From: Chlorokybus atmophyticus
Taxonomy: Eukaryota > Plantae > Mesostigma and Chlorokybus algae
Direction: 5' to 3'
Assembly (NCBI GenBank): GCA_009103225.1
Contig: RHPI01001403.1
Span: forward strand, 1 to 64,000
Length of the DNA: 64,000 bases
Below, in pieces: positions 1 through 11,265 of the stretch (positions are counted from its first letter, which is position 1; each line of letters starts with the position of its first letter). A program made the translations under genes and the position numbers. The notes beneath the pieces are model-generated. The model worked only from the letters and a program-made list of their open reading frames with translations, was not told where the DNA came from and did no database searches.

Positions 1-1171
1 AACGGCTTGTGTTGCTGAGGAGCTGAGCGGTAGACCCATTGCGCTGCTCAGCCAATGGGCAGGCTGTTCATCATGCTTAAACATGTACCCAATGGCATCA
101 GAGATAGTGCCGCGCTGGTCACTGTCCCGACCAGGATTGGCGGGTGCTGCTGCTGCTGCTGCCGCTGCTGCCTCCGCCGGTGCGGGCCTCCTTGCGCCCC
201 ACGCCCAGCGGCTGGGCAGTGCTTCCGCCAGTCCAGCGTCGCTCCTGCACCTCAGCGAGGCTCACTCCTCGCTGCTGTGGGTAGGCAGCGGCTTGCGTGA
301 GGTCGTCGCCTAGCAGCTGTACGTACTTGCCATGCCAGAAGTCACCGTGTACTTGTGACTGGCCACTGCCCTGGCACAGCGTTTCTGACCCTACCTGCCT
401 TAGCTCAATGCGCTCACCCATACCACGATGACGGTGCGGACAGCTTGCAGTGCCACGCTATCACATTGCTGCGTTTCTCAATGCTAACAACCTGCACGGA
501 TGCGGTCACATCCGTTCTTTCAGTAAACGTACAATGCGATCTTGCATGCATGCAGACGGCCAGATATGATCAAACGCCCACCAGATGCCTTGCATACGTG
601 CATATCGCGTATCAATCTTGCATGCATGCAGCCGGCCAGACAGAATAGATGACCACTACCAGATGCCTTGTGTACGCCCATATCGCATGTGAGGATAATT
701 GGAATGTCATCGCGGCACTCGCCTCTTCACACACTCATTGCAGGGGTGATGCGTGCAGAAGCAGCAGTGCAGCTGAGGACAGCACCACATCGTTCTCTGC
801 TTAGCCCGCTTGCCACCCGCAGTCATGACTTCATGGGAATCCTTCAGCGCACTTGCTGAAGTTCCCGGCAGTGACAATTCCAAAAACGCGGCACCCGCCG
901 TAAGCTCGCTGCTGCTTCCTCTTGTGGTTGGGCGTTGTGTGGGTATCTCTTTGGCGTCACATGGTGTCGCTGTCACACAGGAACCCAGTTCTCCATACGC
1001 TATTATTTACACACGCACGCACGCACGCAGACACACGCATATATATATAGAACCAGCGGACAACTTGTAATAAATGAATGTGATGTGACTTGTGTATGCT
1101 CTGGTGGCGGTAGCTCTGTCTCTGTGTGTCTATGCTTGCCTCAACTACATGTGCATGCTAGTCCTTCAACA

Positions 1172-1184
1172 GGTTATGGGCCCA
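1172..1184 (+). other. Primer-binding site GGTTATGGGCCCA (half-tRNA-iMet type) of Copia A
   Basis: Directly follows the LTR end. Complementary to the anticodon stem-loop of initiator tRNA-Met, as in Drosophila copia. Confidence 0.8.
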
Positions 1185-4100
1185 CACTACGCTTGAGGAG
1201 TGTGAGACTAGCTTGTGTGCATAGTAGTTCTACACTACGGTAGCTTGTTGGTAGCAGAGCCTTGGGTGTCAACTGCAAGAAAGGCAGGCTCGACAGAAAT
1301 GGAGGCGACCTACGACAAGAGGCAGATTGCAAAGCTGAACACCGACAACTACAACACCACGTGCGTGGAGATGAAGGCCTTGCTCATCCACAAGAAGGTG
1401 TGGAAGTACGTTGATCTGAAGGCACCACCACCAACTCCAGGAGCGAACACTGTGTGGTCAGAGCATTCAGCAGAAGCACACTCTTTGCTTGTGTTGAACA
1501 GCAAACCGCATCACTTTCCCATGCTCACTGCATGTGAAGATGGTAGACAAGCTTGGGAAAAGCTATCAGCCGTTTTCAAAGCCAAGAACAATGCCTGAAA
1601 GTTGCATCTACGCAAGCAGCTCAGCGCACTCAGGAAGGAGGCAGCAGAACCCATCACAAAGTATGTTGCGCGCGAGAGAGAGCTGTGGGCGGACCTTATC
1701 AACGTCGGCCACAACATGGGGGAGACGGAGGTAGTGCTGGCCATTGTTGCAGGGCTACCAGCAGAGTACGAGGTCGTCGCAACCCTGCTGGAGACGTCAT
1801 CATCGGAGTTGACGTTGGACGATGTGCTACCAAAGCTGCTCACCGTGGAGCAGAGGGTTGTGAAGAAGGACGAGCAAGCGGATGCCGTTGCCTTCTACAC
1901 CGGCAAGCACGCAAAGAAGAGCAACCATGAAGAGAAGTACAAGGGCAACAAGCCAGGCAATCCTCGTCACAAAGACCTCACATGCCACTGGTGTGGTTGG
2001 AAGGGGCACATTGTGAAGAACTGTAGGAAGAAACAACAGGGGCAACCTAAAGCAAGCACCAGCAACAGCGGCAACGAGCACCAACACAAGGAGAAACATG
2101 TCGCCTTCACTGCATCCAGTTCGAGGGCGAGCACAGCTTTCTGGGTGGTGGACTCTGGCTGCGATCATCATCTCACACCAAACAATGAGGTAATGGAGGG
2201 CTACAGGAAGCTGACGTCTACAATTAAGGTGGCGGGCTTCGGTGGTGAAGTACTGGTGGCTGAAGGAGTTGGCAATGTACGACTCCAGTGCAAGGTTGGT
2301 AACACACTACGCGAGGTGTTGTTACGCAACGTTTCGCATGTCCCTAAGGCTATTGCGAGTCTATTCTCTGTGAGGGTTGCGGAGCGCTTAGGCACGGAGA
2401 TCTTATTTCGGAAGGGTGGCTGCACAGTTATCCTTGATGGGGTCGTGCACATGGTTGGAATCACTGATCCGGTAGGGCTCTACCACGTGGAGCAGCACCC
2501 TAAGGACATTGACATTCAAGCCATGGTGGTGAAGGACAAGGAGTCGCCAACATTGTGGCATCGAAGGTTCGGGCATCTCAGCTACGTCAACCTCACTCGT
2601 CTTGTCGCTGAGAAGATGGTCAAGGGCAATCATCTCAGCACAGAAGAACTCAAGAATGCATCAGGTGAACTTTGTGAACCATGCCTGGTTGCAAAGCAGC
2701 ATGCTATGCCATTCCTGTCATCCTCTTCAAGCAGTCAGCATCCTTGCGAGCTTGTGCACATGGATGTCTGTGGCCCTATGCGCATTGTGGCGAAGGGAGG
2801 GGCCAGGTACTTTGCTACATTCCTCGACGACTACAGCAAGCTGTCCATCATCTTTCCATTGACGCTTAAGTCAGAAATTGCTGGAGCTGTGCGCACAGTT
2901 GTGGCCTTGTTGGAGACGCAGTCTAGCAATAAGATGAAGGCAATGAGGAGTGATCGAGGAGGGGAGTACATCAACAAGGAGTTGAAGGAGTTCTTCGCCA
3001 GCAAGGGCATACGCCACGAGACAACGGCACCCTACACAACGCAGCAGAATGGAGCAGCTGAACGCCTCAACAGGACACTCCTGGAACGGGTTCGAGCAAT
3101 GCTCAATGACACCAAGCTGGAAGACAGTATGTGGAAGGAGGCGATACTCATTGCCAACTACATCCGCAACAGGTCACCGGTGAGCTCAGAGCAGAAGACT
3201 CCGTGGGAGCACTTCTATGGAGCCACACCAGATGTGAGTGGTATGCGTGTGTTTGGATGCACGGCATATGCACTAGTGCCTAAACAGCCCAGCTCAGGCA
3301 CAAGCTGCAGCCGGTCAGCAAGAAGGGCATCTTCGTTGGCTATGAACCGGGTTCCAAGGCTTACAGGATCTTGCTCAAGGACACTCAGAAGATGATTGTG
3401 AGCAGAGAGGTGGTTTTCCACGAGGGATTATCACAACCAGAAGCAGGCTTCTTTCCTGAAGATGGAGCACAGCCGGAGCATCCTGAAACAGTGGAGGCTA
3501 CAGGCAAGGCCATCATCAACAACAAGGGTGAGCAGGACTCAGCTGTAGCAGGCCAAGAGGAGCCGTACTAACAGCAGGAGCACGCAGCTCGGAGATACCC
3601 AGTGAGGGAGAGAAAGGCACCTGACTTCTTACACAAGGCACACGTCGCCAGTGTGCAGAACGAGGAGCCAAGCACCTACGAGGAGGCATTGTTAGCACCA
3701 GATGCGGAGCAATGGCAGCGTGCTATGGACGAGGAGATTGCGTTACTCCATGCCAACAACACTTGGTCACTGGAGCAGATTCCGCAAGGAGTGAAGACCA
3801 TTCCAGTGAAATGGGTCTTCAAGGTGAAGCGTGATGGTCAGGGCAACATTGAGCGCTACAAGGCAAGACTGGTGGCAAAGGGCTTCTTGCAGCAGGAAGG
3901 TGTGGACTTCAACGAAGTGTTTGCACCTGCAAGTAAGCATACCACCTTCCGTGCACTGCTAGCTATGGTTGCTGCTGAAGACCTAGAGCTGCATCACCTG
4001 GATGTGAAGACTGCCTTCCTCTACGGAGAGCTGGAGGAGGGGATCGTCATCGAGCAACCACCTGGATATGAAGAAGGGGAGAGAGGCATAGCGTGCAAGC

Positions 4101-4446
4101 TGATCAAGGCACTGTACGGGCTGCGACAGGCACCGCGTATGTGGCACATCAAGCTCACCAAGGAGCTGGAGGCACTTGGCTTCACCGCATCCTCTGCAGA
4201 CCCTGGGCTCTTCATCCATGCAGACAACAAGGTCTGGCTGCTCGTGTATGTGGATGATATCATCATCACCGCCAGGCAGGTGCACCACCTGCAGGAGACG
4301 AAACTTGCTCTACAGCAAGCATTCTCAGTTCGTGATCTTGGAGAGGCCAAGTGGTTCCTTGGCATGGTGAGAAGACTCGTTGAGCGCGACAGGGCGGCTC
4401 GCACAATCAAGATCAGTCAGGAGCAGATGGTGAGAAGACTCGTCAC

Positions 4447-4871
4447 TGTTGAAGGACTAGCATGCACATGTAGTTGAGGCAAGCATAGACACACAGAGAC
4501 AGAGCTATCGCCACCAGAGCATACACAAGTCACATCACATTCATCTATTACAAGTTGTCCGCTGGTTCTTATACCAGCCAGTTACACACACGTCTACATT
4601 TACAAGCACAGCGTAAGCTATACTTAGCCTTTTGACGCGCTCTAAGTTGCGTTGTCTTTCTTACAACTAGAGCTTTCTAACAAGCTCTTACACGCCTAAT
4701 ATGAGTAAGTATACGCGGAGATACAAAGCAGTTAGTAAGGCTCCAGTCTGGAGTCCGGAGTCTGGTCCGACGATGCCATCTTGCTAAGTCCGGACCTAGT
4801 GCTCGTCCTTACGACCTTCTACTCCTGTGTGGAGGGTCGATGCTGATCGTATGTAGGAATGACTCTCAACA
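4447..4871 (-). mobile_element. Solo LTR of Copia family A, inverted, inserted in the RT of a family-A copy
   Basis: 425 bp with TG...CA termini and 5-bp TSD GTCAC (4442-4446 / 4872-4876). Its reverse complement matches both partial LTRs of Copia A. Confidence 0.93.
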
Positions 4872-5904
4872 GTCACCAAGTTTGGGCTCACTGAAGCGAA
4901 GACCAAGACCACACCGTTGGCACTTGGCACTGCCCTCATCAAGGCAAAGGATGAGGAGGTACTCGACAAGGCTCAGTATCCATATGGTGAGCTGGTAGGC
5001 AGCATGCTCTATCTGGCAGTGTGCACACGTCCCGATGTTGCACATGCTGTGGGAGTACTTGCTCGCTAATTGTCCGCACCGAGCATGGAGCACTGGAGAG
5101 CAGCAAAGGGAGTACTACGCTATGTTGCTGGGAGCGCAGCAGTTGGCATCAAGTTTGGGAGCGGGAGCACTGAGTTGGAGGGCTACTGCGACTCAGACTT
5201 TGCTGGTGACCTCAACAGCAGGAGGTCCACTACAGGCTACGTCTTCGAGCTGAACGGAGGCGTGGTGAGCTGGAACAGCAGGCTGCAGCCAACAACAGCA
5301 GCATCTACATCAGAGGCTGAGTACATGGCAGCGGCAGCAGCAGTGAAGGAGGCACTCTGGCTTCGCAAGCTCATGGCAGACTTGGAGCACCCCATGGCGT
5401 GCATCGTCATCAACTGTGACAACCAAGGAGCCATCAAGTTGTTGAAGCACCCTATCGCCTCGGCAAGGACGAAGCACATGTTGAAGGTATTTCTACATCC
5501 TGTCAGCTTGCCCTCTGCAAAGGAATACACAAGAGGACCTCGATGACTCGGGACTGAGTTCGAGCAGACTGCAAAGCAAGGCCTTACAAGAACCGTTGGA
5601 TTTGATTGATGGATACGAAGCCGCATGACACGTGGAGTAGCTTGTTGGATAGATCTTGCAGTTAGCTACGTGGTGCAACTTACGTCACAGGATTCGGTTG
5701 AGTAGATCGTACGGTGTGGCTTGTAGACCAGCAGTGTGTGTTTCTGGTGCAGAATTTGGCGGGTATAAGACCCGCGGACTTGTTGCCTTAATATAAGCTG
5801 CAGCGTTGTGATGTAGCATGTCACCCGTGTGCATGTGCTTGTCAACGTGTGTATGTCAAGAGGTTATGAGCCCACGCATGCATGTGTAGGTTGAAGTGTG
5901 TTGC

Positions 5905-6116
5905 AATTGTATGTGTAGCTGCGGTTGCTTCGTGAAGACTCTGAAGACTTCGAAGATTAAAGACTGAAGCTCTGAAGATTCTGAAGACTCTGAAGGCCTT
6001 CAAAGACTGGAATTGTATGTGTAGCTGTGGTTGCTTCGTGAAGACTCTGAAGACTTCGAAGATTAAAGACTGAAGCTCTGAAGATTCTGAAGACTCTGAA
6101 GGCCTTTAAAGACTGG
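5905..6116 (+). repeat. Two tandem 106-bp units built from GAAGAC/GAAGAT micro-repeats in the Copia B leader
   Basis: AATTGTATGTGTAGCTG... starts at both 5905 and 6011. Confidence 0.85.
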
Positions 6117-6242
6117 TGTGAGAAAGTTGCAAGCTTGGCGAAAGGCAAAGAAGGCAACTAGAAGATTTGAAGGCTGTGGCGAGAGTTGAAGAGAAAGTTG
6201 CAAGTTTTGCGAGAGGCAGAAGGCGACTTGAAGAATTGAAGC

Positions 6243-7595
6243 ATGGACGGCTTAAAGTTCACAATTGAGCCACTTGAAGTTGACAACTATAGCACGTGGA
6301 GTGTAAAGATGGAGTTGCTACTGGTTCACAAAGACTTGTGGAAATATGTCGACCCCACAGAAGAAGTGCCTGCAGGGCAAGGAAGTATTTGGGCGACACA
6401 AGGAAGGAAGGCATTGGCCTTGATAGGCTTGAATGTTGCGGAGCATCATCTGGTGATGGTAAAAGAATGCAGCACCGCGAAGGAGCTGTGGTTGAAGTTG
6501 GAGAGCCACTTCAAGTCGCGCAACATGGCAAGAAGGCTACAGCTAAGACAAGAACTCAACTCGTTGCGAAAGATGAGCGGGGAGCCAATTAGCAAGTTTA
6601 GTGTAGCGCGAGCGAAAGCGTTATGGAAAGACTTGTTGGGCGTTGGCTATGAGCTCAAAGAAGTTGAGGTGGTGTGGGCTGTGCTCTCGGGTTTGCCCAC
6701 AGAGTATCGAGTGGTTGTCACAATTTTGGAGTCGACGACGGAAGAGTTGTCGCTGGATGGGGTGACGCCAAGACTTCTTCAAGAAGAGCAATGCTCGAAG
6801 AAGGATGATGAAGCAGAGAATGGAGCATCGCCTTCAGGTGTGGCGTTTGCGGCTTCGAAGTATGTGAAGAAGGGCGCTCAAGGCAGCAACAGAGAGTGTT
6901 GGAACTGCGGGGAGCGTGGTCACTTCAAGTACAAGTGTCCCAAATTGAAGAAGTCAAGCGAAGAGGGAAGAGGGAGAGCGGTTGCATTTCATGCAACGGA
7001 AGAGGGAACAGAGTATCCTGGGTGGGTGCTGGATTCGGGAGCTTCGAGGCATCTCACAAGCGACAGGAGCAAGCTCGTCAATTACACTCTCCTGTCAAAG
7101 CCTGTCACGGTGGGATTCGGCAACAAGACGATGTTGCAAGCGGTTGCAAAGGGGGACGTCAATCTTAGGTGCAAGGTTGGGACTGAAGTGAGGAAGGTTG
7201 TGCTGAGGGATGTACTGCATGTGCCAGGTGCATCCGCGAATCTGTTTTCGGTGCGTGTAGCCACGAGGGTTGGTGCGAGTGCTGTGTTTGACATGCACAA
7301 GGCTAGGATAGTGCTTGGGGGTGTTACACATTTGGTCGGCATCAACAAGGGTGGACTCTACTACGTGGAGGAGGACATTGAGCGCAAGGCGGTTGCTGCA
7401 ATGGCAAGGGTGGTTGAGAAGAAACCACAAGGTCAGAGCAACAAGAAGACACAGAAGATTGCTGTAAAGGAAAGCTCAGAGCCCGTGGGAGCTGCAAGAA
7501 GCTACAAGCAAGTGCTTGAGAGCAAGGTGCCAAAGGTGGTGAAGAATGGAGTCAAGGTTAGCACTGAAGGCCAAGGTTCTGTTGAGGGAACATAG
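6243..7595 (+). CDS. Copia-type Gag (CWNCGERGHFKYKC knuckle) + aspartic protease (VLDSGAS), followed by a Lys/Gln-rich tail
   Basis: 450-aa ORF similar to Copia A gag-PR. Continues in frame past a TAG at 7593 into ORF 7596-7820. Confidence 0.9.
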   Translation: MDGLKFTIEPLEVDNYSTWSVKMELLLVHKDLWKYVDPTEEVPAGQGSIWATQGRKALALIGLNVAEHHLVMVKECSTAKELWLKLESHFKSRNMARRLQLRQELNSLRKMSGEPISKFSVARAKALWKDLLGVGYELKEVEVVWAVLSGLPTEYRVVVTILESTTEELSLDGVTPRLLQEEQCSKKDDEAENGASPSGVAFAASKYVKKGAQGSNRECWNCGERGHFKYKCPKLKKSSEEGRGRAVAFHATEEGTEYPGWVLDSGASRHLTSDRSKLVNYTLLSKPVTVGFGNKTMLQAVAKGDVNLRCKVGTEVRKVVLRDVLHVPGASANLFSVRVATRVGASAVFDMHKARIVLGGVTHLVGINKGGLYYVEEDIERKAVAAMARVVEKKPQGQSNKKTQKIAVKESSEPVGAARSYKQVLESKVPKVVKNGVKVSTEGQGSVEGT

Positions 7596-8671
7596 GTGCA
7601 GCGAGTAAAAGGCGGTAACGAGCATGAGCAGCAAGTACAAGTGAAGACAGGCAAGCTGGAGACGAAGCTTGCAGCTGAAAGCAACAACGACTTCAAGGCG
7701 AACAGGTTTCAAGCACTGATGGAAAGCGTGGAGGAGCTGGAGCAAGAGGAGCTCAAGAGTCGGGCTTACATGATCACCAAGAAGAGAAGTAAGGAGCGCG
7801 TGGGAGTTCACCATGCGTGAGTGACAAAGGAGCAAGTGATGAAGGCCAAGCTGCCCGCGTGGGAGTGTTGAAGGTATTCCTACATCCGGTCAGCTTGCCC
7901 TCTGCAAAGGAATACACAAGAGGACCTCGATGACTCCGGACTGAGTTCGAGCAGACTGCAAAGCAAGGCCTTACAAGAACCGTTGGATTTTGATGGATAC
8001 AAAGCCGCATGACACGTGGAGTAGCTTGTTGGATAGATCTTGCAGTTAGCTACGTGGTGCAACTTACAGCACAGGATTCGGTTGAGTAGATCGTACGGTG
8101 TGGCTTGTAGACCAGCAGTGTGTGTATCTGGTGCAGAATTTGGCGGGTATAAGACCCGCGGACTTGTTGCCTTAATATAAGCTGTAGTGTTGTGATGTAG
8201 CATGTCACCCATGTGCATGTGCTTGTCAACGTGTGTATGTCAACAGCACATTAATGTCATGCATCACTTTGTGCGTGACAGAGTCACAAGGAAGGAGGTG
8301 GAGTTCCAGTACTGCACCACTGAGGGCATGCTGGCGGACTTCATGACAAAGCCATTGTCACCGCTCAAGTTCAAGACTTGTTGCGCAGGACTTGGCATTT
8401 GTGTTTGACTATGGGAGCAAGCGTTGGAGGCCAAGCTGCTCGCGTGGGAGTGTTGAGAGTCATTTCTGCATACGATTAGCATCGACCCTCCACACAGGAG
8501 TAGAAGGTCGTAAGGATGAGCACTAGGTCCGGACTTCGCAAGATGGCGTCGTCGGACCAGACTCCGGACTCCAGACTGGAGCCTTACTAACTGCTTCGTA
8601 TCTCCACGTATACTTACTCATATTAGGCGTGTAAGAGCTTGTTGGAAAGCTCTGGTTGTAAGGAAGACAAC

Positions 8672-9944
8672 ATAGCTTGGACAGGTGACCTGCTCGCAGG
8701 TGCGACAGCGAAACCTCCACTGCAGCCCATCATTGCTGTCGCCTTCAGTTAAGTGGTGACCTGGTCTGTGAACTGTCTGGCAGTGCTCGCATCTGACTGG
8801 CAGCCAGTAGGTCTTCTTGGGGTTGAAGAAGTCGGAGATCTCCCTCATACGAGCTCCATCCCAGACTTCATGTCGACTGGCAAGAGGTACTGCTAGATCT
8901 TTGTCAAGCCACCGCTCCCGGTGCAGCCAGGCCTGGAGCCATTGATGACAGATGGTTGGCACGCCCAACATGAGCTGCAACCTTGGCCTGAGAGGAAGGT
9001 AGTAGAAGCTCGTGCCTTCCTTGCGTTTCTGACTGCAGTCTGGGCACTGTTCTTTTGCCATGGCCTTGCGCTCCTTCTCGCGCTGCCGGTAGCTGGAGCG
9101 CACCGAGTCTTCGTCTTGCACAACGAGCTCAGCATTTGGATAGGGCTTGTTGAACAGGTGGCCGCAGGCATAAACAGAATAATGCAGTGTTGAAGGCATC
9201 CCCATGCGCTCAAACATGCCAATCAGGCTCTTGCAAGTAGTAGGCAGCTTAAAGCCTTCGCTCTTCTCATCAAACAATCCCTTCTTCGCCAAAGCCACCA
9301 GGGAGCTTTCGCCTTTAAAGAGGACAGGAAGCAGTTTGTTGAAGCAGTCCTACGAGATTCCAGCTTCGTTTAGGATGGATGAGATCTCGATTATCTTGTC
9401 CAGGTAAGTTGTGGACGTCTGCTGCAGATCAGGCAACTTGTCTGCATCAAAGCTGTCGAAAGTGGGGTGCACAGTGGGAATGCTCCTCAGCCGTCTGGCC
9501 GCCTCGTCTTTGGCTAAGTGCGCATCGATGACCAAGCGCGGCTGCATGATCTGCGACACAGTAAGGGTGTCAAGCAACGTGCATGCATGGTCACTTGTTC
9601 ATCAGCGCAGGCCAAGCGAAGCAACTTACCAAGCCTTTGCACTTGGAGCAGAGGCAAAGGTCGCGACTGAAGGTTGGAGGATGCTCAGGCTCAGGCTCTT
9701 GGTTGCGAGAATGATCAGATTGCTCGGCGGCTCCAAAGTCCGGCATCTCTGGAGAAGATTGTTCTGCTGTCTGCTGGTTGGACAGGTGTGGTTGATCTTC
9801 AGGCGCAGGCTCGGGCTCCAAGGCAGACGCAGGTGCAGGCTCATGCTCCAAGGCAGACGCAGGTGCAGGCAGCTGCAAATCACCTCCTCCTCCAGTGAGG
9901 TGCGGGCTGATGTTTGTTGGACGCGCTTGCTGGGCGGCCCTCAT
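8672..9944 (-). pseudogene. CACTA/EnSpm TnpD-like transposase, 5' part, truncated at the Copia A LTR junction
   Basis: CLCSKCKGL|IMQPRLVIDAHL across a GT-AG intron (9629-9551), then LP..CKSL, CGHLF, CPDC...FYYLPLRPRLQ and EVWDG motifs typical of the region preceding the Transposase_21 core. In-frame TAG at 9350-9352. Confidence 0.75.
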
Positions 9945-10839
9945 CTCTTTAAGCAGTGACCGTTTAGAACGTACACTGGCTTTGCGTGGCTTCCCACCAG
10001 CATGCTTAATTAGTGCAAGCGTTTCATCAAACTGCTCACGCTCGCGCAGAACAGCAGACTGTTGAATAATGCGTCCTGCTATAGCTGCAGATGATAGCGT
10101 GTAAGTCGGACTTGAATACTGCTAACAGTGACAGCATATGACGGATAACTTGAGGGCTAATAATTGGCAGCAGTGGTCACTGATATCTTGGATTTAGCAA
10201 ACAAAAACGGAGCAACTACAAGCATTCACCATGAACAAGTGAGACTGCATGCAAGACGCCCAGCAGCAAGCTAACAGACTGTAAGGGAGACACTCTCGAC
10301 CAAGCCTCACTGACAGAGCAAATCAAGCAACAATAACAAGCTAGCATAGGCCTTACCAGCAAGAGCTCGTGAGCAGAAATAGCTCCTTCTCCCCAGCAGC
10401 TTGTCAGCAGCTCCGCTCCGCAGCAGCAGCAGTTTTGCTTCGCAGCAGCAGCACTTCCGCTTTGCAGCAACAGCAGTTCCGCTTCGCAGCAGCAATAGCT
10501 CCGCTCAGCAGCAGCAGCTCACTTCAACAGTAGCAGCAGCTCAGCCACCGTCCTCAAGAACCCAAGAATCCAGACAGCTTCATCCAACCTGCCGCAGCTC
10601 AGCTCCAGCTCCAGCTGATGTGCGATATTTGCCAGATCTGCTTCTTGGTAGAAGCAGCTTCTTCTCATAAGCAGCTCAGCAGCAGCAGCAGCAGTAGCTC
10701 ACGCCACTGGCTTCTCCAAGTAAACCAGCAGCAGCAGCTCGCGCCGCCGCCTCCTTCTCTTCCTCCAAGCATGCAGCTCAGCTCGAGCTCCGGCCCAGCT
10801 CAGCTCAGCTCCAAGGTTGCTGGTCGGTACGAGGGTGTT

Positions 10840-11265
10840 GTGCCGTTCGGCACAAGCCACTGATGTAATCCGCTGCCGGTTACAACGCATGAGGAGAGAA
10901 GGCTGCTGCTTTGCTACGGTACAAGTCTACTGTGCCGCTCTCGGCATACGTTTTCTGCACCGGTAGCGGCACAATGATTGGCGAACCGTCAACGGATCGC
11001 TGGTCTCGTGCCGTGATCGGGATGTGGAACCTTGTACCGATCACGGCACCAGCTCTATTGTGCCGACTTCAGCTTGGACTATCTTGTGCCATCAATGGCA
11101 CAAGGGAGCAAAGGCGCCGACGCCGGCACAAGACTGCAGTCTGCGTACCGACCGCGGACGGCTTTTTCTACCAGGAAGTCCCAACGGCACAGCCTGGTTG
11201 TGCCGTCTGCGCCGAAGAAGTTGACTGCTTGTGCCATGAACGGCACGCACTGCAGGCGCCATGTG
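10840..11265. mobile_element. Right terminus and CGGCAC/GTGCCG subterminal repeats of a CACA(C/T)GG-terminated CACTA-type element
   Basis: Many inverted GGCACA/TGTGCC motifs. The reverse complement from 11265 (CACATGGCGCCTGCAG..CCGTTC..GGCACAAGC) matches the terminus at 19284. Confidence 0.7.

Larger units (their letters stand above)
5479..8245 (+). mobile_element. Nested non-autonomous Copia-type LTR element (family B): gag + protease only
   Basis: LTRs at 5479-5861 and 7866-8245 (~380 bp, highly similar). TSD GCACA (5474-5478 / 8246-8250). PBS GGTTATGAGCCCA at 5862-5874. No integrase, RT or RNase H motifs inside. Confidence 0.92.
1299..8408 (+). pseudogene. Copia A gag-pol polyprotein, disrupted
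   Basis: In-frame stops at 1596 (TGA), 3569 (TAA) and 5067 (TAA). Frameshift near 3285. Interrupted at 4447-4871 and 5479-8245. RNase H resumes after the nested element (RTKH|INVMHHFVRDRV...GLGICV*). Confidence 0.92.
1047..8671 (+). mobile_element. Ty1/Copia LTR retrotransposon (family A), decayed, host to two nested insertions
   Basis: Gag, CCHC knuckle (CHWCGWKGHIVKNC), protease (VVDSG), pre-integrase (LWHRRFGHLS), integrase DDE (HMDVCGP / RSDRGGEY / AERLNRTL), RT (YVDD) and RNase H (DSDFAGD..SEAEY..CDNQG..ADFMTK) occur in Copia order. The 5' LTR keeps only its 3' ~125 bp (about 1047-1171, ends TTCAACA). The 3' LTR keeps only its 5' ~220 bp (8451 to about 8671, starts TGTTGAG). Both pieces match the full LTR at 4447-4871. 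Confidence 0.95.

Noticed and set aside
1-1046. Continuation of the TnpD gene on the far side of Copia A
   Set aside because: No transposase motifs were found in any frame, only decayed unidentifiable coding-like segments and simple repeats.
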